Assembly (NCBI RefSeq): GCF_009914755.1
Contig: NC_060934.1
Strand: one strand, 5' to 3'
Source: the human T2T-CHM13v2.0 reference genome, Homo sapiens
Length of the DNA stretch: 64,000 nt
The notes beneath the pieces were generated by a model. That model was given only the letters and a program-made list of their open reading frames with translations, was not told the origin of the DNA and searched no databases. The position numbers were made by a program, and so were the translations under genes. Below, in pieces: positions 55,107 to 64,000 of the stretch; the first letter of the stretch is position 1; each line of letters opens with the position of its first letter.

Positions 55107-57114
55107 ACATATGTATGTTACATGGTACTGTGGTACTGTTATTAACAATGGATATTCTAGAATTGTTCTTTGAATTTGTCTTTAACAACAAGGAAAAGTC
55201 ATTTTTAAAAGATATTCCAGAAATCAAAACCAGAGGAAAGATACAAATGTTTACTGAGAAAGCAGGAATGTTTTCATTTTTCATTTCATTATCCTTTTCA
55301 TTTATCTTAAAAACTTTTTAAGAAGTTTAAATTCACCAGTAGGGGTCAACTGCATAGGTTACTACTTAACCATGCTCTACTTTAATCAGAGTGGTCTCCA
55401 CAGACCAATACCTACTTTTTTCAGGTGTAGCAAAAAGGTGGTCACACAAACAAGACAAGTCGGGACCATTTACCCACTTGGCTGAATGGAAAGGTCTGAA
55501 TACGAGATAAACCAGACGATGGAGCCCCTAACCACCACATTGATTTAGAGCCGCTTGTCCAAAATGCAAGCAGTTTGGAAAAATAAACACAGCAGGCAAT
55601 GCCTGTTCCCCTTCAGCTATCCAGTGTCCTCCAAAACACTATGAGAGCCTAGGTCACTGATCCTACTTTCCAAGTCAGTTGGGAAAGAGTATTCAAAAAG
55701 CAGCTCACATTGATAAGCTCAGAAAGAGAGTTGGTTTTTTTCCGATATACGCAGTCTTCAGCAGCCAGTACCCAGGAGTGACAGAGGCGGCCGGTGGGAG
55801 ACTCTACTCAGCAAAGGCACATTGGCAAGCTCCAGGAGAGGAAAACAAGGTTGCTTTTAGTCATTTGGCGCCACATGTGCCAAATGATACCTGTTACTTG
55901 AACTGGGCATGAGGATTGAACTGTCTGGGCAGTAACAATGTGCCAGGCAGCTGAAGCCCCAGGTCCTGGCCCCTGCCCGCCTGCCGCCTGAATCCCTGCA
56001 GTATACAGGGGCCTGCGAGGTGACCCTGGAGCCAGAGCTGTCACAACGACCCTCCTTTCTTCCAAACCAAGTAGCCAAAAGACTGGGATACAGCCCCAGA
56101 TTTACGATCCTGTTTTCAGCTGGAACTCAGGGTCCCTGACCCTACTGAAGAATTTTAAGAGGTACAGACACTGGGAAAGAAATATACGACTGAGGAGGGA
56201 AGAAGAGTATACCTCTGCAGTACTGAAGTGACTCTGAATACACACTTTTTCTTTCTTTTTTTTCTTTTTTTAATAGAAATACAGTTGCCAAAGAGAAAGC
56301 AGCAGGCAGAGCTAAGGAAAGGAGGAGTGTTCGAATGATTAATCACACTCACACCACTCTCCCCAACAGGGAGCTCTCATGTGAAGAGTTTAACGGACTT
56401 GCCAATTAGTTACTTGTGAATCATCCTCCACTTGCCTAATTTTCTTTCAAAGTTTGTACTCAGCAATTTGTACTGACTTCAATATCAACTTACGTAGTTT
56501 TCTTTGTAGGGCGAAAAAAAGGGAAGGAAAACCAGTTCATGTCTTTGCATTTCAGCAACTAAATTGGTCATTTGAGGAAATTTTAAAAACTACTTTTCTC
56601 TGCTGCAGTGCAGAACTCAGACCGTAATGGGTTCATTTTGGATCTCATTTGACAGAATTGATTATGACAAGAAATAGAAAGACTTCATTTCAATAATGAA
56701 TTGAGGAATCTAACAAGATAAGATAGATGCATGGGCCCTCAAAAGTCAGTTTCTGTGAAATGCCAGTGGAATTGTTTTATTAAAACAAAACCCAGCCAAA
56801 CAAAAAAAGGACGTGGAGAGAAGGAGGAACACACTGGTGTTCAGCTTTTCTTAAGGCAGAGGAGATTTTCTTAAGACACTGAAGCTATCTGCTGTTAATT
56901 CCTTTAAAAAAAAAAAAAAAGCACCTAGTTCATTTTCAGGTGGCCTCTTTAAATTTAGTAATGGTTCTAAAGTGATACAGAATTATTAATTTTAACTTCA
57001 GAGAAATGCTTTTTACTATTCTAATAATTTTCTGTTAAAGTTAATTATTTTTACAGCAGTAAATTTCAAGTCCATAATTGTGATCTAAGTTCTCTCTTAA
57101 AAATTAAGCCCCAA

Positions 57115-57391
<277 letters not shown>

Positions 57392-57865
57392 CTAACAGGA
57401 GTGTTGGCTCCCACGCAGTTTTAATAGCAGATGAGCAACCACATCCTTCCTGTCCCACTAGCCAGCCCTCAGCTCTTCTGTGTACACAGAGCCTCAGCTC
57501 AGGGTCTGGACCTCCATGTAAACCACAACCCCAGGCCATCATGAGACAATGTCACCGGCAGCCTGGTCAGCGCTGCTTTCTCCAAACATGGCAGCCTCTC
57601 TCATGCCTGAGTAAACATATGAAAAATTCCTGGAAATTTTTGGCAATGGTACAGAGAGGGCAGTGGGAGCACAGATCTTTAGGAAAGTGTGCTAACTATC
57701 TCAGTTTGCCTGAGGGACCCTATTCTTCAGAGGAAAATACAGGGTAAGCTGTATCAGTACTCAATCTGTAGTCACCCAGGGTGGCAATATGTCACTTAAT
57801 GCAGGATAAATTCAGATCTTAAATTGAGGGCAGATTAGGACTAGATTTGAAGGGACTTAAGTCAG

Positions 57866-58194
57866 TATATGTTGAGCATCCTTTATTTGAAATGCCTGCA
57901 GCCAGTCGTATTTCAGATTTTTTCAGATTTCAGAATATTTGCAAAGATAATGAGATATCTCGGGGATGGGACCCAAGTCTAAACACGAAATTTATCTATT
58001 TCATATACACCTTATACACATAGCCTAAAGGTAATTTTATACAATATTTTAAATAATTGTGTACATGAAACAAAGGCTGTGTTGAGCACTTAACTGTGGA
58101 ATTTTCCACTTGTGGCATCACGTTGATGATCAGAAAATATTCGATTTGGAAGCATTTTGGATTTCAGATTTTCTGATTGGGATACTCAACCTGT
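57866..58194 (+). mobile_element. Tigger4/Zombi-family TcMar element
   Basis: TIR-like ends gttgagcatcc...ggatactcaacctg; ggggatgggacccaagtctaaacac. Confidence 0.8.
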
Positions 58195-58987
58195 CCCTTG
58201 GATTTCCACTTTTAAAAAAAATCCTTAGCATTTACGAATCTGGCTCGCTATATGAAACTTGGGTAACCAATGTCAAATCCTTTCTCAGAAAAAAATGATC
58301 ATGGCTCAACAGTTATTTAAAGAGTTAAAACAGATGTTTAAAAGTTAGAATGAAGGACCAGGCCAGTGTGGGGAGGAGAGCAGCAGTGCACATTTTTACG
58401 TGGTGGGAATCAAGATGAAGAGGAAGATGTACCACAGGACACGCCCAGGATGTTGGGTTCCTGGTGCTGACCACAGTGCTATGGTCACTCCACAGTCCAG
58501 CACTGCAGTGCACAAAGGGTGCCCTTTGACAAAAATGCTGCAGCAAGAGTCTGACCAACTTGAAAAGCAGCAAATCAGCAAGATAAAGATTCCTGAGAGT
58601 CCTAAGTAGCCTCTACGAAGATACAAAACATGCACACTCACACAGGCTACTGACATGTCTGACAGCAGAAATTAACAGGCAGCTCTGCTAGCCTGTTAAT
58701 TTCCACCTGGAAATGAGAGTATTATATAAAACCCTCACATGCTCAGTCTCCTTCCAAAGAAAAGTAATATATTTTCCTACTGACTTTTATACCGGTATCA
58801 TATGTATAGAGGTCCCCAATCAAGAGAACACTTTACTTCAGCATGAACATTAAAAACTTCTTACACAAAATGAAAATTACTATTATATAATACTTTTATT
58901 GACAAAAATACAGATCCCAATTGACACAGCAAAAGTCATGGCAAAACCCATTTCCTACTGGAAGCAAATGTTACAAACGCAACTCAC

Positions 58988-59084
58988 CTGGAAATCTTGA
59001 TCATCAATTCCAAACCTCTCCCGCAGGTTACGGAAGACCATCGGGCAGTATTCCTTAAACTTGAAATGGCTCGGCATGTTTTCT
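58988..59084 (-). CDS. PIP4K2A: PIP4K2A exon 3 (97 nt; [32 protein letters not shown])
   Basis: Acceptor tttcag|AGAAAAC, donor CAG|gtgagt; completes the split Lys codon; PIPK FKEYCP motif. Confidence 0.97.
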
Positions 59085-59565
59085 CTGAAACAGTCACAGC
59101 GTGGAATAAAGCTCAGAGAGAGTCAATCAGACTTGCATCTGCCACCACTGAGTTCCACAGGTAGCCAAAGAAGGGTTCAGAGTTCACTGCCTACCAAAAG
59201 CACAGGTGTGCTTCCTAGAACCAGGTACAACCCGCAGAAAGATCCAGGAGACACAGGGGGCCAGACGGATGTCTGTCTGTCTCCTTTGTCACAGGCACGC
59301 TTGGACTATGTGACCTCTTTAAATCCTGGCCACACACTGCAGCCATTCCTCAAAGAACAAGAGGTGGGGAAGGAACGGGCCAGGCAGGGGGAGCAGTGAG
59401 GGAAAAGCACAATGGCGGGAGAGTGAGTTAGGAAGAGGCAGCGGAGCAAGGTCCCCTCTCAGCTACTGCTGAGGAAAGGAGGGCCACTCCCTCACCCCCC
59501 TAAAAGGCCTGTTTTATATAAATGCCACATTCTAAATTTGCTTAGAGGAAATTCCCTGAAAGTCA

Positions 59566-59946
<381 letters not shown>

Positions 59947-60679
59947 TTTCATAATGATCCTCACATGGGAGTGATTTGAGGTTCCCCTAATCATTCAGAA
60001 TTGTTTCCCTCTTTGTGTTCCCACACAACCAGATAAATTAAATTATACATATGCACACACCCCTCCCTTATCATACTTTGCACACTGAACTATAGCAGTT
60101 TGTATATGTGTCAGTTTTTGTACTCTGAGCCCCTTGAGGGCAGGGCCGTGTCTTCTATATCATTGCATCTCTAGCTCTCAATGGACCACCTAACATATAA
60201 TAGGTGCTTCATAATGACGTCTAAAACAACATTCAAATGAAGGAGGAATGTTATCAATGCCCAACATGGCATCTAATTGTGCCTTATGAAAATGTACCTT
60301 GGGTCTTTATTGTTCTAAGATGGAGTCATTGCTGTTCATAAATCATCATTTTCAAAGTTCTGTGTACAAGAGCAGAGGTTCATAACTGCTCAAAAATCCA
60401 AGCAATTTACAGCTTCAAAAATTTGAATTATAATGAGAATATCACTTTCAACGTATAAGATATTCATAGAGAACAATATGCCATATGGCAAAGGATATTA
60501 TCCCAGAGAGCCTGCTGTTGCTTCTCTAAAAATGACAGATGGTTATGTTTATCACAGGATTAACTTCATCAGCAAAACTTTACTCCCACCCATTGACAAA
60601 TTATGTGATTACAAAAATTCACAAAACTTGTACTCCTAGCAGCCACGCTAGTCTTATGAAAGGTCATACTTGTACTTAC

Positions 60680-60777
60680 TTGTTAAAAAGGTGATTGTCC
60701 ACCTTTATTTTTGAATAGGCTTTGAAGTCATCTGGCATCAACATAACAGGGATTTGAACATGGCTCAGTTCATTGAT
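60680..60777 (-). CDS. PIP4K2A: PIP4K2A exon 2 (98 nt; [33 protein letters not shown])
   Basis: Acceptor ttccag|ATCAATG, donor AACAA|gtaagt; phase 0 to 2. Confidence 0.97.
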
Positions 60778-62166
60778 CTGGAAAAATATAAAATAAATAG
60801 CATGGGTTATTACTATCCAGGTGAGGAGGACTTGACTTGAATGTGTACCTTGGGAAAAAAAACATGGTGGACACAGGAACTTCTCTTCCCACCCACCAAC
60901 CCACCCTCCTTCCCTCTGCCATCATAATCTCTCTTCCTGCCTTCCTCATTCCCACTTCTTATGTCTGTCTGATGCTGGGTCCATGGTGGCCACCGGACGG
61001 CAGTGGTGAGGGAGAGTCAATCCTCATGCCACCTGTCCCTGCTTCTTGCCCATCCACTCTCCCTACCTTCCCTCCACAACCTCATCCCACAGACCCTTTG
61101 GTCACATGTCCAGGACAACTTCCTTCTGTAAAGAAAATGTTATCTGAGAAAGAAAGCTTTTAAATTTTTCAGGTAAATATTTGTTGGATTAATGGACGTG
61201 ATTTATATATTGAACTCATCTGTGTGCTCTTTACTTCCCTTACAGGAACTAAGTTTAAAAATAAAGATTGGGGTGGGGCATGAATTTACCAAAAGAAGAA
61301 CCTCCATTCAGGGAAGGAAGAAGACACGTGGTCCCAGGACTACAAGAGAAGGAGGTGGGTTGGACATGAGTCAAGAACAAAAGCAAAGATGTGTTTCCAA
61401 AGGACAAAGGGTAAGATCAAGTTCCAGTGAATGAAAGGGACAGCTTTGGACACAATTTTGAAAAACCTGAACTTTCTCTTGGTTAACTATTTTTGCATGT
61501 TGACTTTCCTTGTTGCTAGCAATAAAAACCATGTCAAAGATTTATGCTTCCAGTAGGATAGAAGGCAGGTACGCTGAAGGATTCTCAGTTACAAAAACAA
61601 AACAAGCAAACAACAAAAGAATGAGCTGCTTGATAGAGCTATTTGTTTTTTTTAATCACATTGCTGGGTTCACAGACAGTAGAGGCAATCTCCAAGACAC
61701 CTTTCTTCCCCCAAAGTGAGTTTAATCCACAGGGAGTGTGGGGACCATTAAGCAAGCCTGAAAGGAGGGACTCCGAGGACAAATGCCAGTTTCAACACTT
61801 ACTTGGGCCAAACGAAAGCTGGGAGCTCAACAAAGGCTTCAACGTTAACCTGAGATCCTTGAAGGAAGCCTTTGAAAGTGGCCCCAACACCTGGTGGAAG
61901 TAAATGTAAATGATCTCCGGAGGAGAGCAACCCCTGCCAGGCCTCCAGGCTTCCCACAGATGAAGATCAATCAAACATGAGCTCACAGAGACAGCAACGA
62001 CTAATTAATATTTTCAAGACTTTAGTTACTAAGATGATCAGATATAGAATTTTTTAAGCTGTGAGAAATTATACAGAAATAGAAGATGAACAAAAGATGA
62101 TTATATTTGAAAAAATAATGATTCAGAATTTTCCACAATTAATGCACGTTATAAATCTGTAGATAC

Positions 62167-62494
62167 AGTTGGGCACAGCAGCTCATATATGTAATCCCAG
62201 CAATTTGGGAGGCTGAGGCAGGAGGACTGCTTGAGCCCAGGACTTTGAGACCAGCCTAGGCAACAGAATTCGTCTCTAACAAATAAAAAAATAACAAAAG
62301 TTAGCTGGGCGTGGTGGTGTGCACCTGTAGTCCCAGCTACTTAGGAGGCTGATGAAGGAAGATCACTTGTATCCAGGATTTCAAGGCTGCAGTGAGCTGT
62401 GATTGTACCACTGCACTCCAGCCTGGGTGACAGAGTGGATCCATGTCTGTTAAACAAAAAACAAACAACAACAAAAAAAAAAAAACAAAAAAAA
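62167..62494 (+). mobile_element. AluJ-like within old L1-like sequence
   Basis: Dimer with A-rich tail. Confidence 0.85.
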
Positions 62495-63239
62495 GCAGAA
62501 TACTCAAAGCAATATATAAGTAAGAATACTCAAAGCATACCTAGATACGCTGTAGTTAAACTAAAGAAGGCCAAATGCAAAGAGAAGAAAGGAATGGTGG
62601 CCAGAGAGAAAAGGCAAACACAACAGAGGAATGATAGTGACAGCTGACAGCTAGCTTCTCAAACCCACTGAACAAAAACAGGAATCTAACGTCATATAGC
62701 TTCTCCAGTTCACTTTACTCAAGCATCTTATGATACTAAGTCATTCCCAGAGTATATCTATGAAAAATTAAAGTTTATGTATCCTTATGCTATCAGTGGA
62801 ATATCAAAGTTTGAAAAATAACAGAAAAAGAAAATCATAATGGAAATCCAAGTCTTGTGATAATAAACACAATGCGAATGAAGCTGGATGCCAACTCAAT
62901 CAGCACTTCGATATCTTGTGGAACAAGAGAAAGCGAAACCCAACGTGGAGGTGGGATCAGACACTGATTATTTAAATGCGCGTGATGTGTTCAGCAGATC
63001 CTCCAAAGCTTTGATGCCTCCTCAGGCTGCTTAAATCAGTATCACTTAAGAGAGTCTTCTCAGACAGGAAACAGGAAACCAGAAACTTTCTGCATCCTTT
63101 TGCTTTATGGTACCTGCTCTGGAACATGTTTTGTGGAGAAAATATGAAAACTTCAGCCAACATGGAATGAGTAAACTGAGAATTTTCCTTATTGATTTTC
63201 CTTCCCCACCCATCCTCGCGTCAGCACAACCTTTAAGAG

Positions 63240-64000
63240 TCCACTCTGTGCTGGGCACAGCTCGGACACCAGTCTTTGTCCTCTTGGGGCTTATGGTCCA
63301 GAGGGGCAGACACATTAACTGAAGAACTGCCCCAAGTGTTGAACTCTAACAATGACAGAGTCAGGAGGGAGAAGCACAATGGGCTACGAGCAAGTATGGA
63401 AAAGGCCCAGGCCAGATGGGGGAGGCATGTGAGGCTTCCCTGGGCAGCAATGGCTCGTGGAGAAAGGAGAGGGCAGGTGGACAGGGCTTCCAGGAAGAAG
63501 GCGAGTCCTAGAGAGGAGGGGACACTGTTAATGGGAAAACAGTGCAGAAATAGACAAGGTGCGTGGCATGAAAGGGATGAACAGCAGGCCCAGGAGCACC
63601 GGGAAGCGGCTGCTGTAGAATTGCACCAGACAGAGGAGAGCAGCTCAGCAGAGGGCGGAGGAGGCAGCAGAAACGAAAGAAGCAGAGAGACTCCGGCATG
63701 CTGAAGTGCTGAAATCTATGGGGCTTGATGATGACAGACTAGAAATGTAGGGAAAGATGGAGGGAATGCTGCATGCATGCGGGGGAAGCTGGTGGGTCCA
63801 ACGACTGGCACAATGCATCTTAAGAGAAGAGTTCAGTTTTGAGCTTGTTAAACTTCATGCGCTCTTGGGACATCTAAGTGTCAACGTCAGGTAGGCCGTG
63901 GACAGGTGGGTCTGAAGTTCCCAGGGGCAGCAGGGGCAAGAGATAAAAATGTGTGTATCTGTGCATCAGACATTAGCTCCCCAGAGGAGTGGATGAGGTA
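63240..64000 (-). mobile_element. L2 fragment
   Basis: gagttcagttttgagcttgttaaacttc...ggacatctaagtg...gtctgaagttc, typical of reverse L2. Confidence 0.65.

Overview
Human genomic DNA from inside the PIP4K2A gene (phosphatidylinositol-5-phosphate 4-kinase type II alpha, 10p12.2), which runs on the minus strand across the whole window. Six coding exons (2-7, about aa 49-264) were read directly; all have GT-AG splice sites and join into one open frame. Exon 7 carries the Ser251 allele of the known N251S polymorphism rather than Asn251. The rest is intronic: about 25 Alus, a solo MER11A (HERV-K11/HML-8) LTR with an exact 6-bp TSD, older LTRs, DNA transposon relics, MIR/L2/L1 fragments and microsatellites. 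The most unusual structures are (i) a perfect 42-bp inverted repeat with template-switch marks at 54472-54591, (ii) a local direct-plus-inverted duplication at 13.7-17.4 kb whose copy preserves the empty MER11A insertion site and whose inverted arms bracket a RUNX/MYB/ETS motif cluster, (iii) a candidate in-frame 42-nt cryptic exon that would split the DLKGS kinase motif, and (iv) a convergent pair of CTCF motifs. I found no convincing new multi-gene system. Repeat subfamily calls and most repeat boundaries are by eye and approximate.
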